From: Octopus bimaculoides | Taxonomy: Eukaryota | NCBI RefSeq assembly: GCF_001194135.2 | Contig: NC_068983.1 | Coordinates: 128,244,237-128,285,042, forward strand | DNA: 40,806 nt | Reading direction: 5' to 3' | In this document: positions 12,190 through 25,570 of the stretch, piece by piece | How the letters are laid out: each line of letters starts with the position of its first letter | How positions within the stretch are numbered: the stretch's first letter is position 1 | The notes under the pieces: generated by a model | Told to the model about the DNA's origin: nothing | Databases searched by the model: none | Seen by the model: the letters and a program-made list of their open reading frames with translations, nothing else | Made by a program: the position numbers and the translations under genes

Positions 12190-12400
12190 GAGAGAGGGCG
12201 GTGCCTATAGTCATAGTAACGTCTCGAAGTCCAGTGAGGTTGATGTCATTAACTCTGCTCTTTAATAGTTGCAAGTCAACCTCTGCAGTAAAAACATGAA
12301 TATAGAGGGAATTATGGAAGGCTGATGTTCTGGAAAAGGATTGGCTGTAATGGTTAGTACATAGTAGGGGGAATGGAGATGATATGGGTGTTGACAGGTA
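12190..12400 (-). mobile_element. CR1/L2-type LINE 3' end
   Basis: Minus ORF segment NHYSQSFSRTSAFHNSLYIHVFTAEVDLQLLKSRVNDINLTG resembles the (F)SRT..LWNSLP..VFP...LQ.FKSRVN ending of CR1/L2-group ORF2. Confidence 0.7.
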
Positions 12401-13629
12401 GGTTGGACAGCATTTCATACACACACACACGCACACATACACAATCAAACAGATTTGTATACACACAACTATATGTACACAGAAATAGGTTGAGAGGAAG
12501 AAGGCAAGACAACCTCACATAAATACACAAAGGTACGCACATTCACATACTAACACACATTCACATACACAGACACACTCACACACATTCGTATACACAC
12601 AAATATACCTACACACTCAAATACTCTCATTCACAAACATTACAATAAATATCTCTGCTTATTGAAGAAGATTGAGTTCAATTCACTGACTTAAGCTGCA
12701 GAAATAACTGTGAAATACCTGACACACCAAAACAAAAAAACAAAAGACAATGATTGCAGTGAAGTCTCTAGATATGAAAGCTGATGAAGACTCTGTAAAA
12801 TTAATACACAGCTATCAAAATTAGCCACTCAAAAATATCATTATGATATCTATCTATGAAGCATGATGTCATTGTCAAAACATTTTTCATGAGCATCTAT
12901 ATAAAGTCAAGAAGATAAAAATATTAATTTACAGTTAAGTGGAAGATATTTTTACTTATCAATCATAGTATAGACAAATGCCACTGCCAAAATTACAGTA
13001 AAATGTGGATATAACAGACCAGGTATAATGATCTTGGGGTAAAGAAAATAAATGGTGTACAATAGTGGATATTAATATAATGCTTAAAGATAAGTGAAAA
13101 ATAAAATATCTAGGCTTAACTAATGAGAAACTTTGGCTTTAAACCTGTAATTACTGAGGCACTTGAACATGTAACTAACTTAACACCAATGTTGAGAAAC
13201 AGGCTTTCATAAACCTGGAAAGAGTATGGCGAACTAAGAAATTACAGTCATGAACTATAAATGGAAATTTTCAAAAAATATGTAAAACATTCAAAAAGTT
13301 TAGCTGTAAGAAGTGTACATGCAAGCAAACATGTATGTGTGTACATGTATAGAAACCAAACCAAACAGTTCCATGCAGGCAATGATATCCTTGCTGTGAT
13401 AAATATGTGCACAGCCCTGGTTGTCATTGCATCTATATTTGTACACATACATACATAGTTATATTGTGGAAGTCAGCCTGTGTCCAAGCATAACCAGTTG
13501 TTAAATAGCAGCAGTAACGGAGGGCACAATAACACAGGTGACTATAACTATGATTTTGCTGCTTAAATTACATGTATTGTATTCCAACACAAGGAAAGAG
13601 ATCATAGATGTGGTTTCATTATTGCAAAT

Positions 13630-13834
13630 ACTCTATTTTACTTGTTTCAGTCATTTGATTGTGGCCATGCTGGAGCACCACCTTTAGTTGAGAAAATTGA
13701 CCCCAGGACTTATTCTTTGTAAGCCTAGTACTTATTCTGCTGGGCTCGTTTTGCCGAACCACTAAGTTACAGGGACGTAAGCACACCAGCATTGGTTGTC
13801 AAGCGATAGTGGGGAGACAAACACAGACACACAT

Positions 13835-13877
<43 letters not shown>

Positions 13878-14050
13878 TACAGGGATTAGCAATTGAGTTG
13901 CTTCTCCAACATACTGAATATTTCTAATGATAAATAGTNNNNNNNNNNNNNNNNNNNNNNNNNNNNNNNNNNNNNNNNNNNNNNNNNNNNNNNNNNNNNN
14001 NNNNNNNNNNNNNNNNNNNNNNNNNNNNNNNNNNNNNNNNNNNNNNNNTA

Positions 14051-14082
<32 letters not shown>

Positions 14083-14245
14083 CGACAGGCTTCTTTCAGT
14101 TTCCGTCTACCAAATCCACTCACAAGGCTTTGGTCGGCCTGAGGTTATAGTAGAAGACACTTGCCCAAGGTGCCACACAGTGGGACTGAACCCGAAACCA
14201 TGTGGTTGATAAGCAAGCTACTTACCACACAGCCCCTCCTGCACC
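13630..14245 (-). mobile_element. SINE family A, near full length, with internal (TA)n/(CA)n tract and assembly gap
   Basis: Reverse complement aligns end to end with 33381-33995: head ggggctgtgtggtaagtagcttgctt and tail ggtggtgctccagcatggccacaatcaaatgactgaaacaagtaaaatagag. Confidence 0.92.
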
Positions 14246-15169
14246 GATATGTGCATACTTCTCTAAACAATAATGAAAATTTTCAAATATCATCTGTAAA
14301 TTTTTGAATAACAGTGATTGTAGTAAATAAATATTACACAGAGAATGACTTCCCTGAGATGATCAAATATTGTTTGACTGACCATGAACTAAATAATCTT
14401 TAAATTTTACATCAGAGTGTCTTTTACTTAAATATTTTGATAAAGGCTAAAGTCGCCTCCATGATATTAAAGCATGCACATTCACCATCAAGGCTATCTG
14501 TACTCTTCATCTACTGGTAGATGAACTTTGATGTTATGTAGAGTTCATCCAATGTGGCAGTTCTAGTCTTTGTCCTTTTCAGTTTTGATAGGTTGTCCTC
14601 ACCAGATAAGACTAGTCAGTGGAACTTAATTAGCTAGCAATGAACTGTTTCATTGCTTACTAGGTTACATCTTCCATATCCAGTTAGGTCATTACCAACT
14701 TAAAGTGACCTGACTTACTACAAGCAACTTATGATTGTGTGTATATGTGTGTGCATGTAAATAGAGACATAGTCAATCACANNNNNNNNNNCATTCGTAC
14801 TTAAATATACATATATATAAACACACTTATATGAATACCTACATAGACACACACTTATGTACATATTCACACAAATTCATACATACTCATAGATGTAGAC
14901 ATACTCACACATACATACAGATACACTACCATGCAGGCAAACATATCTCCAGACACACTCAGGTGAATACACAATCATATACAAACATATGCACACAATC
15001 TACCCAATAATCTAATAAAAGCAATCTGTGAATTAATTATAGAAAATAATGATTCTATCTCAACTCAGTTTATTAACGACATTCAATCAATCACAGTGCA
15101 GACACAAACACATATGTACACTCACCCACACACACTCACACACATGCAGACACATAATGGAACAAATCT

Positions 15170-15470
15170 TTATTATCATCATCATCAACATCATATTTAC
15201 GCCTGCTTTCTCATGCTGGTATTGGTTAGACAGGAATTTTGCAGGCACTATTTCGTGACCTTTTCTTGACACCAAATCTCTTTAGTTGCTTTATATGAAA
15301 CAAGAATATGGTATGATTATACTAAAAACAAAAATACATACACAATTACCATCACAATGACACTATCACCATCATCATCATTTCCAATATTATTTTATGT
15401 CTGCTTTCCATGTTCATATGGGTTAGAAGTTTCAACATGGATTTGACAGTTTGAAGGTCAACATTTTGCT
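15170..15470 (-). mobile_element. Two RTE-type 3' tail fragments ending in (GAT)n (~15170-15260 and ~15365-15470)
   Basis: catcatcat...gcctgctttctcatgctggtattggtt and catcatcat...gtctgctttccatgttcatatgggtt are reverse-complement matches to the tail at 35860-35917. Confidence 0.55.
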
Positions 15471-15639
15471 CCACTGTCTCAGTTTCAGTAGTTCCTAAGG
15501 CAAACTATATAAAGAGAGTATTGGATGCATGTTTCCTAGCACCAATAGTATAGGAGTTACCATACTCCTGGCAAGACTAAAAAGTTCGCACAAACATTGT
15601 GTTGTCTATCCTTGATATGTTAACTACTTTAGGAAGTTA

Positions 15640-16200
15640 CTGGCCATTTTAGTTCATGTCACCATTACTAATAAGATCATCTTGTAACTCACAAGATAAC
15701 AAATCCCTACCTTTCACAGAAATAATAGCAGACAGTGAAGACTTTAGTGAGGTGTTGTAAGAAGTTACAGTTTGATTGTGACATGGATTTATTGTTGTGT
15801 GAAGTTGGTAGTGGAGAGAGTAATGGAGGACAGTTAATTGCCAGGGCATTTTCTCAAAGTAATGAATCCTAGAAGGTGAATAGAAAAGAAAGTGGTGACT
15901 GAAAATTGAGGAAGAGTGAGTGACCACTGCAAAAATAAATCATGATTTTTGAGGTAGAAGAACAATGAGTGGCAGGATATGAGTGGTGAATGTAACAGGA
16001 TTCAATGTGGTTAATAGAAGAGATGGTAGAATATAGATACAGAGAGAGTGTGGGATTCATCAGTATGCACAGATCTAATGCTCTCTCTGTCTAATTACAA
16101 GGGGTAGCATAAGATAAATAGAAGACATGAGGGAAGACGAAAGGGTATAGAATAGGTACAGTAGGTAGAAGAGATGGCAGGGAAGCATGATAATATAGAA
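15640..16200 (-). mobile_element. Possible very old CR1/L2-type LINE fragment
   Basis: Weak similarity only (LDRES..., LMNPTL...). Purine/pyrimidine skew resembles the other CR1-like relics. Confidence 0.3.
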
Positions 16201-16229
16201 AAGGGGTGCATTGGTGTGTATATTAACCT

Positions 16230-16850
16230 GCTATTGTAATTAGCATTTTCTCAAGCCTACATAGGAGGCTGCTTATTCATCAAATGTAGTATCATAAGAT
16301 CATTTTCCCCAAGTCGTTCATTGGTCTTCCTTGACCACAGCTTCCATTACTTTGACCATTTGACACATTCTCATACAGTTTCCAACTTCCATTAACATCA
16401 AGTACTTTATACCAATATAGCATCTAAGTTCTTATACACTTCATCATTCATGCACACTCAACATGGCATATCCTGTGAAACATGCTTGCTTCATTTCTTT
16501 CTAGTCTTTACATGTATTCTTCATTTAAGGCTTATTTCTTGCTGTTATGTGGCAGTCCACTTGACATGCAGGCACCATACAACCTGACCTTAACTCTGAG
16601 TGAGAGGACTTGTGTTGCCAGTAGAAGTAATAACACCCAGAACTCCCATTATTAATGTGAATACCAAACCTTCAGAATCTACATCCCACAGCTAATTGAC
16701 TCACCAAGGTAAGAAAAACTATCACCTATTTCTAGTGAGTTATCTGGACATTTGAAGGAATCCATTTCCCAAGCTTTCCCAATACTTATTACTCCGGTGT
16801 ACCTGCTGTGTAAGAGATCTATATTCTGTAGTGTTTTAGACTTGAGAGAA
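16230..16850 (-). mobile_element. Degraded RTE-clade LINE ORF2 fragment
   Basis: MDSFKCPDNSLEIGDSFSYLGESIS, LLLLATQVLSLRVKVRLYGACM and RLERNEASMF on the minus strand. Confidence 0.8.
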
Positions 16851-16968
16851 AGGGTAGCAGTGCAGTTTCTGGTGGTGCTTGTGTAAACCTGTGTCAGTAC
16901 CCTGCATTTGAAAAGGAAAAGGTTTGTGCAATGCTTTATGCTTCTCGAATTTAATCATACATACATAA

Positions 16969-17005
<37 letters not shown>

Positions 17006-17813
17006 NNNNNNNNNNNNNNNNNNNNNNNNNNNNNNNNNNNNNNNNNNNNNNNNNNNNNNNNNNNNNNNNNNNNNNNNNNNNNNNNNNNNNNNNNNNNNNN
17101 NNNNNNNNNNNNNNNNNATATATACATATACACACACACACCTACATATCTATAGACATGAACGCAAGTCAAACATATAACACAAAGGAAACTATTAAAC
17201 TCTCACATTGAAAATAAATGCAGACAGTGAGTAGTTAAGCAGACTAACAGCAGGTAAAACAGAAGGAAAAAAAATGTTTTACAGGATAGTTAGGGTCTAG
17301 TTTAAACTGAAACACAAACAGTAGGTGACAGACAAAAATGAACAAAGTGGGTTTGTTAATATATATATACAGATATTTTTAACCCTCATTGCTTCAGTCA
17401 TGCCAAAGCACAATGGTTTCAGACATATAAAGAGGTGAACATTTTTAGAAATACATTTAGAGAAAATAGACACATATAAACATTAGAAGTGATGGAAGTT
17501 AATACAAAGATACGTTTCAAAATTACTCACTTCAGGAGTAACCTGTGTCTTTTCAATTCAGTGGAAAACTAACATATACCATAATCTCATTAAAAGACAT
17601 TGATATGTACAAAACATCACCATTCATGCATGCACATATGCACACACACACACACTTCATTATATTTCTAATATGTAGATGTGTCTTCGTTTGTGTATAT
17701 GGTTTGCAAGATACTTCATGAGAATTGGTGTGTTAAGACAAATTTTACTGTGGCTTGAGAAAGTCATTATGCTAATAGTATCTAACACATTGTTCAATAA
17801 CACTTTTTATTGC

Positions 17814-17959
17814 TAGTCAATTGGTTAACTATCTAACCAACTAATAAATCAATCAATTGCTCAATGTGCTGGTTAAGCAAACAACTAATTGATTGTTTAA
17901 CCAGTACATTGAACAAACCGTCAGTTAGTTGGTTGGATAGAAATTTGACTAATTGACTA
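17814..17959. repeat. Imperfect fold-back: 67-nt arms (17814-17880, 17893-17959) with a 12-nt loop
   Basis: Inner stem caatgtgctggttaagcaa / ttgtttaaccagtacattg matches at 17/19. Outer blocks tagtcaatt and ctatc.aaccaactaa also pair. Confidence 0.85.
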
Positions 17960-18068
17960 ACAATAACTAAGTGGTATTGAACTACTGTATGTGTTATTAT
18001 CACTTCCATAATGACTCTCGTAAGACAAAACAAAAGTGCATACGCGTGTTATTCTTTATTTATGTTGA

Positions 18069-18300
18069 GGTGCACGGCTTAATGGTTAGTGTTGCACTCA
18101 TAATAGTAAGATTAGAGTTTCAGTTCCAAGACTGGGTGCCCTTGAGCAAAACATTTCATTTCACTTTGCTCCAGTTCATTCAGCTAGCAAAAATAAGTAA
18201 TCTTGCAACAGACAAACATCCCATCCAGGGTTGTAATATGTATTCAACAGAATTTAGGAAACTGGCCTTATGAGCATATGGCTTGGGAAAGGCATTTGAA
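18069..18300 (+). mobile_element. tRNA-derived SINE, family C-related
   Basis: A-box-like cggcttaatggttag, then cccttgagcaaaacatttcatttcactttgctccagttcattcagct, shared with 27629-27967. Confidence 0.7.
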
Positions 18301-18629
18301 CCACTTTTTTTTGTGGTTTAAAGAGAGGAGAGAGGACCTCATCATTGACACAGTCTCACTAACTCCAGATTTTTATCAGGTCTGAAGTATTTCTGAAATG
18401 AATTTGGAGTACAGAGGGCATGTCATTGATGAGATTGGGAATGGTGACAAAGAGAATTTGACTAGCCTTGCTGATTGATTGACCAACAATTAAAGAAGCA
18501 ATCAATTAATCAGTTAAATGGTTAATCATTCAATACATAGAATTATGGAAGTGAAACAGAACCAGAGAGTGTGTTTATTTTTAGCATAATGATCATCTCC
18601 ATGTACAATAATATATATATATATTGTTT

Positions 18630-18740
18630 ATCTTTTACTTGTTTCAATCATTAGATTGTGACCATGCTGGAGTACTGTATAGAAACATTTTAGCTGACTG
18701 AATCAAACCTAGTACTTTATTTTTTAAAGCCTGATACTCA
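18630..18740 (-). mobile_element. SINE family A-related 3' tail fragment
   Basis: cttttacttgtttcaatcattagattgtgaccatgctggag matches the reverse-complemented family A tail. Confidence 0.7.
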
Positions 18741-18744
18741 TCAA

Positions 18745-19380
18745 TCTTGAGGTGACCATGTAGCTTAAAAGTCTACAAAACATAGATAGAGGTTGGTGTT
18801 GAGGGTGTTGCGTTCTTATGTTAGATGGGGGTTAAATCATAACGGGAGAAGTTGAGGGGAGAGCAGGTCCATGCTGTAGACGAACTACATAGCTATTTAC
18901 ATTTAGAAGAAAGAGAGAATGAATTAGTGGTATTGCAAAGAGATAGATGGTGTTGATAAAGTATCCAAGATGCACGTCGGGTAGAAGGAATTGTAGTAGG
19001 TGGGGGTCGGAGAGGGTGAGTGGACTAAGAGTTAGGGAGAAAGAGAACTCTGTAGGCAACATTTATAAAGATTGAGAAGGACTGAGGGCAAGCGGTGCAC
19101 AAGTTGGGGACGTTAGAGGGATGCTAGCAGTAGGGTAGTAATGATTAAACTGTTGACATAGACAGAAGAGAGATGATGTGTTAGGATAGAAGTGGAGCAG
19201 AGGGATAGACAGGTGTTAAGCATTAGAAGAGATAATGTGGTGCATTAGGGAGCAAGGCTTGGCTGGTCACTGGGTGAGGAGAACAATGTTAATGGATGAA
19301 GAATGGCTGAGAAGTGAGATGAGAAAGAATAGTGGTATTGGGGAAGGGTGAAGAGCTATGATGGGGGAGATTTAAGGGGA
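18745..19380 (-). mobile_element. Degraded CR1/L2-type LINE RT N-terminal region
   Basis: Minus frames give LPSVLLNLYKCCLQSS, LSDPTYYNSFYPTCIL (cf. SDP.NYRPISL), NSYVVRLQHG (cf. QYGF) and IYVFVDF*A (cf. FLDF.KAFD), in the correct order. Confidence 0.55.
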
Positions 19381-19473
19381 GGACAATGTGAGATGCTCAT
19401 ATATATATACACACACACACACACAAACATACATAAAGACACATATACAAGTATGCGTGTCTGTATATATGTG

Positions 19474-19511
<38 letters not shown>

Positions 19512-19934
19512 NNNNNNNNNNNNNNNNNNNNNNNNNNNNNNNNNNNNNNNNNNNNNNNNNNNNNNNNNNNNNNNNNNNNNNNNNNNNNNNNNNNNNNNNN
19601 NNNNNNNNNNNNNNNNNNNNNNNNNNNNNNNNNNNNNNNNNNNNNNNNNNNNNNNNNNNNNNNNNNNNNNNNNNNNNNNNNNNNNNNNNNNNNNNNNNNN
19701 NNNNNNNNNNNNNNNNNNNNNNNNNNNNNNNNNNNNNNNNNNNNNNNNNNNNNNNNNNNNNNNNNNNNNNNNNNNNNNNNNNNNNNNNNNNNNNNNNNNN
19801 NNNNNNNNNNNNNNNNNNNNNNNNNNNNNNNNNNNNNNNNNNNNNNNNNNNNNNNNNNNNNNNNNNNNNNNNNNNNNNNNNNNNNNNNNNNNNNNNNNNN
19901 NNNNNNNNNNNNNNNNNNNNNNNNNNNNNNNNNN

Positions 19935-19966
<32 letters not shown>

Positions 19967-20144
19967 CAAAGGTGACTAGACACAATGTAAAACCAAAAAC
20001 GAAAAATTTTATTGTCACTAATTCTGGATTGACGTGCAGGGTAGCACCCACATTGCTAGAAATAAGGTTGTACACACGCACACACACATACACACACACA
20101 TACACACACACACACAGACACAACATATATACCCCCACCATGCT

Positions 20145-21500
20145 TCCAGAAGTCACTTTACCTGGGTATTCATGAGAACCTCATATCACAAGATATCCTG
20201 TTCCTTTGACTTTACCTGTGAGGCTGAGGGTCCTGAGTTCAACCTTCACTACTCCATCTAATTTTCTTCCTCTAAAGGCTCCAGTCACATTTTGTGATCA
20301 ACCCATCTTTATAAAGCTTTCCTGATCTATATGCATCATATATCTGTACTAGTGCAATCTTCTTTTTTGCACACTATTTCTAATTCTACCTATGCCCAGT
20401 TTTTCTCTCAGTACATTTATGCTATGTCATTTATACACACTTACAATGCACATCGAACAGAGCATACTTGCTTCATTTCTTTCCAGTCTTTTCATGTCCT
20501 CTTTGTTCAAGGCCGATGTCTCACTATCATGCAGCAGTGCAGTCCTAACACATTGCTTTTCACTTTGTGGGAAAAGACCTGTATTGCCATCAGCAGTAGT
20601 ACCTCTCTTGACTTTTTCTAACTCATTCTTACTCCGGCTAATATACTTGCAGAACAGTCACTACATTTACTGACAACATTTCTTAGCAAAATCTATCAAC
20701 TGCTCCTAGTGCGCCACCCAGGCATTCAAGGAGATCTATTTCTGGTGTGTTCAATCTACACTGTGTGCCATTGAATCTTTTACATATGAAGCTTATGTTT
20801 TCTGATTGTCTGCTTCTAATGTGAACATAACTTACATTGAGTGAATGATATGGAGTTTATATATACATCTTTTATGCATTTTGAACAAAGCCATTTCCAT
20901 TAGTATGCTGAAGTCCTGTATTCCTTCCTGTTAAAAAAGACTTTCATCTTTGCTAAGTTCGCCTAAAGAAAACTTTTAAATACAGTTTGGCTTCCCAACC
21001 TGGAATTTCTTCTCTAATTCCTCTATAACTTCAGTTATAAGAACTAGTTAATCACCATATAAGAGTTCCAATGCACATCCATTCTTGAACTCTTTTGTGT
21101 CCAGTAGGAACATCATGAATAAGATGGGACTGAGAATTGACCCTTGGACTTCAACTCACATACTAAATTCCTCACTGTAGCCATTCTTGACTCACAATTT
21201 ACTCACCATATCTTTCTGTTCAACTTCCATAACTAACACAAGCCATTTGTCAGTGCTTAGCTTCCTTATTGACCGTTTTATAGCAGTATGTGGTACTCTA
21301 TCAAATGCCCTCTCCAGTTCAAAAAAAAAAAAAAATGCCAGAAATAGTGATTTACTGTTAGCCAAGTATTTTCCTGTAGTAGACTCACTAGGAAGAATGC
21401 ATTTGTGGTACCTCTTCCAGGAACAAAACCATATCATAAATCAATTGTGCAATGACTTTCCCTGTGATCTTTATAACTTGATATTTATTAACAATGACTT
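20145..21500 (-). mobile_element. RTE-clade LINE, degraded RT through ORF2 C-terminus
   Basis: GKYLANSKSLFLAF...ELERAFDRVP, GSILSPILF, LELLYGD*LVLI (YADD equivalent at 21048-21059), NSISFTQCKLC, EASML..MC, VLREKLGI. Many stops and frameshifts. Confidence 0.9.
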
Positions 21501-21769
21501 TTTAAGCAAAAACAGCGATAAAATATAGCTTTTAATACATTGAAAGGAAAGCTATAAAAAAGGCAGAACTTTGCACAGACACGCACCAAACTACACCACA
21601 CCACACACAAACACACAGTCACACAAACATACATATATATGTATATATACCAATACATCACCATATCGACCAGACTATCAGATGTTGTTATACACCATTG
21701 GTCACATTGCACATCCTGCATTACCATACCTTATGAATTATGCCATCCCTCTGAAAAATATGCATGGTG

Positions 21770-21794
21770 TATATATATACATACAAACATAAAT

Positions 21795-21848
<54 letters not shown>

Positions 21849-21876
21849 GCACAGACACATATATATACACTTAAGC

Positions 21877-21915
<39 letters not shown>

Positions 21916-22260
21916 TATATGTATATGTATATATATTTATATATATATACATATGTATATATACTTATATACATATACATATGTACATGCGTATATATAT
22001 ATATATACATATATACATACACATATATATGCACAAATATACATATATATATACAGATATATATACATATATATACACCCACATACACACATATATATAT
22101 ATATATATACAAATACCTATATACATATATATATATATACATACACATTTATTTATACATATAGTTGCATTCATTTAGATACACACACACACATATATGC
22201 ACACACACTCAAACACATATACACACATTACATATATACATATATATACATTTATTATGT
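21770..22260. repeat. Compound (TA)n/(TACA)n microsatellite block
   Basis: Direct reading of the sequence; source of several YIYI/HTHI pseudo-ORFs. Confidence 0.95.
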
Positions 22261-22827
22261 TTATATCCACATGACTAAACTTAGTTAACTAAAAGTATAA
22301 AAGTGACATACTAGAGTAAACAGTTAAATGTCCCCCAAATCATACCCTGTTGTACAGAAAATAAAAGATAGACCCATTGTATAATATCATCTAAATATTA
22401 CTGAATGAAATACAGTATAGTCATGGCTAGAAAAACTTTAATCATAGGTTTTGCTCAATCAGTCATGACCAGAACTTGACCAAGAGTACAACAAGAAAAA
22501 AAAAAGCCACCAATAAATAAATCAATAAATGTGTAAACAAATAAGTAAAAAGAATTATAGATTTCAATAATACCATAGTTTGGTAGATTGTATTGTGTTT
22601 GGTTGAATCTACTGGTTATTGATATGAGTTTCCTTATAATAAAAATCTTATTATTAAGGTTACACATTGTGCCTCAGGTACTATAGAAGTGAATGACAAC
22701 AAATGAAATATGTCCTCTAGCAAAGGATAAATAAGAAAAGAGAATATATGATAACAGAAATACTATTGAAAATTAAATAAAGAACAGGGCTGACAAGAAT
22801 CAGCTAAATAGCTGATAATACAATGTA

Positions 22828-23200
<373 letters not shown>

Positions 23201-23922
23201 TCACATACGATACTATGAAAAAGAAAATAGCACATTCTTATGAAGAACATACATAAAATCACACAAAAACTATCAGAAATAACTAAATAGAACATAAACA
23301 TCAAGATAAAGATTAAAAAGTAGATGTAAGTATAACTTTCCCTTTCTGTTTCTCCTTTCTGTGAAATGTTATATATTTCATTCCTTTAGGGTAGGCAGAA
23401 GTTCAACATTTTGGTACAGTAGTGTAAACGAGTTGTATATGGCACAATTTGACATTCGTAGCCACAAGGGTTAAAATATATATGTATGTGTACATCAGTG
23501 TATCATAGAAGTAATGTAGGGAAGAATATTTGAATGAATGAACCCCAGTGAGTTATTGGGTTTGAATATTTTGAAATAAATATGGATCATGATACCTTTT
23601 TGTTTTTTAATATAACAGGAAAGTAGGAATTTGTTGCACAACCATCAGTTAGTTACTGATATAGTGAAGGTGATAGGCTGACAATCATTTCCATGCTGGA
23701 CAACATCCAGACAGTTGGTAGGATTTTATGGGTGTTAAAAAATCATAATCAACATCATCATAATATTATTATTATTATTATTAGTATCATTATTATCATT
23801 ATGTTTTATTTTCTTCTTTCTTCAAATTTTCTTCCATTTCTTGCCGAGTGTTTTCTGTACACCTAGGGCAGAGAAGCTCATAATAATAATAATGATAATA
23901 ATAATAATANNNNNNNNNNATA

Positions 23923-23973
<51 letters not shown>

Positions 23974-23989
23974 ATTATTATTATTATTA

Positions 23990-24372
23990 GTTTGCTGGGC
24001 AAACTGCTTTACATTCTGAATTCAACTTCTCCTGAGGTCAAATTTAACTTTCATTCTTCCAGGGTCATTAAAATAAATACCAGCAGAGCACTGTGATTGA
24101 TGTCATCAACTTAACCACTCCCCTGAAATTGCTGGTCTTGTGCCAAAATTTGAAACCCTTATCATTATTATCATTCTTCTTATTAGTATTAGACCTGACA
24201 ACAGCATTAGAACACTTGACAATATGCTTCTTGAGTTCAAATTCGACTTCTTTTCATCCTTTCAGAATTGATAAATTACATACCAATTGAATGCTGGGCT
24301 TGATATAATCAATTTCAATTTGCCTCCTCCCAAAATTGCTGGCACTGTGTCAAAAATTTGCAGTCATTATTA

Positions 24373-24400
<28 letters not shown>
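23990..24400 (+). mobile_element. Two tandem degraded family B SINE copies with (TTA)n tails
   Basis: ctgaattcaacttc...ctttcattcttccagggtcattaaaataaataccag...aaattgctggtcttgtgccaaaatttgaaac, followed by gagttcaaattcgacttcttttcatcctttcagaattgataaatt...aaattgctggcactgtgtcaaaaatttg. Confidence 0.7.
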
Positions 24401-24404
<4 letters not shown>

Positions 24405-24752
24405 TAAGGCAGTGGGAAACTTTTGACCATGCAGCCAATATATATGTAGATGATTTCATCAAATTGTCAGTCATTAAAGTATCTGACAGAAACATTTTTT
24501 TATCTACTGAGTCTAGAAGAAGGATGATATCAATGACTTGTTGATCCTCTAAAGCTTTTGAGCTTGATGTCATGAATGATCTATTTACAATGTCATTGGT
24601 CAAAATATTGAGGAATCACATAAGCAGGGATAAAATTTAAGAAGGTTGATTTTTCTGGATAAAAAAATCTGGACATAGTAGTTAGTGTGAAGCTGAAGCT
24701 GTCATCTATTTGAAGTATGATGAACGATGTAACTGGCAGCATTTCATTGGTC

Positions 24753-25295
24753 ATGATGTGGAGGGTTCCAGTTGATCCCATTAATGGAACAGCCTGCTCA
24801 TGAAATTAATGTGTAAGTGGTTGAGCACTCCACAGATATATATACACTTAACATAATTCTCAGAGACATGCAGAATGTCACAGAGTGTAACATGGCTGGC
24901 CCTTTGAAATACTGATACAACTAATTTTTACCAGCTGAGGTGACTGGAGCAATGTGAAATAAATTTTTCGTGTCAAATATTTTGGAAACATAATCGAAGA
25001 ATACCTGAATACGTGAATTTAATTTTCTACATATGAGGTCTGATCAATAAGTGTCCGGACTGTTGCTATAGTAACGAAGCTAAAGTACGCAGAGTAAAGT
25101 CGCTTGGCAAACATTGACCGTGAACTCTGCTTTGCATGTGCACTAAGTTTTAACATTATAGCTCACATCCGCTGTTTACAGCAATGCTTGGAAGGAAGGT
25201 GTGTAGTGTGTGACCTTGCTCAAAGACACAACACACTGTTTGGTATTGAACTTATGACCTTATGATCATGAGCCAAATACCCAAACCAATTAGTT
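24753..25295 (-). mobile_element. tRNA-derived SINE (family C-type core, family D tail) split by a ~250-bp insertion
   Basis: 24753-24963 aligns with 40545-40700 and ends in ...gactggagcaatgtgaaataaa. The expected continuation ccttgctcaaagacacaac...gaacttatgaccttatgatcatgagcc...aaacca resumes at ~25214. Confidence 0.75.
25032..25213 (+). mobile_element. Tc1/mariner terminal fragment (one TIR and subterminal region)
   Basis: TA followed by tgaggtctgatcaataagtgtccggac, a mariner-type TA|CGAGG...TCAA.AAGT..CCG terminus with CpG decay. No second TIR or transposase seen. Confidence 0.6.
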
Positions 25296-25329
25296 ATTCA
25301 CCTACAAGATGAGTTGTGTAGAGAAATCT

Positions 25330-25570
25330 AGAGTCACAGAAGCCTGAGGGAAAGAAATTTGAGACCAGCCATCTCTGGGGAAACAGAGGTTATTATAGTA
25401 GTGATAAAAATTGACAGAGTAAAGACGTTGCTGTAAAAGGAGTGTGTTTGGTAATGATTTAATGTCAATTGAATGATCCTTCTCTTGGATGTCTGAGTGA
25501 ATAGGAACAGCACTAACTCACATATCAGAGCATTAGTCCAGAGTGGACCTAACAAGAGCATTTAGTACAT
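25330..25570 (-). mobile_element. CR1/L2-type LINE ORF2 C-terminal fragment
   Basis: Minus frame VLNALVRSTLD*CSDM*VSA...QQRLYSVNFYHYYNNLC resembles YKA.VRP.MEYCS.IW.GA...FYRYY.G.C. Confidence 0.6.

Noticed and set aside
14506-14549. Two overlapping small hairpins (ttcatctac-tg-gtagatgaa and gatgaact...agttcatc)
   Set aside because: Stems of 8-9 bp are expected by chance in 40 kb of AT-rich DNA.
23880-23990. Switch from (TAA)n to (TTA)n across a 10-N gap, suggesting a palindrome
   Set aside because: The junction is unresolved, and two independent repeat tails or a scaffolding join explain it.
24420-24760. Protein-like stretch (SKAFELDVMNDLFTMSLVKILRNHI...)
   Set aside because: Multiple stops in all frames and no family I can name with confidence; possibly an old TE or pseudogene fragment.
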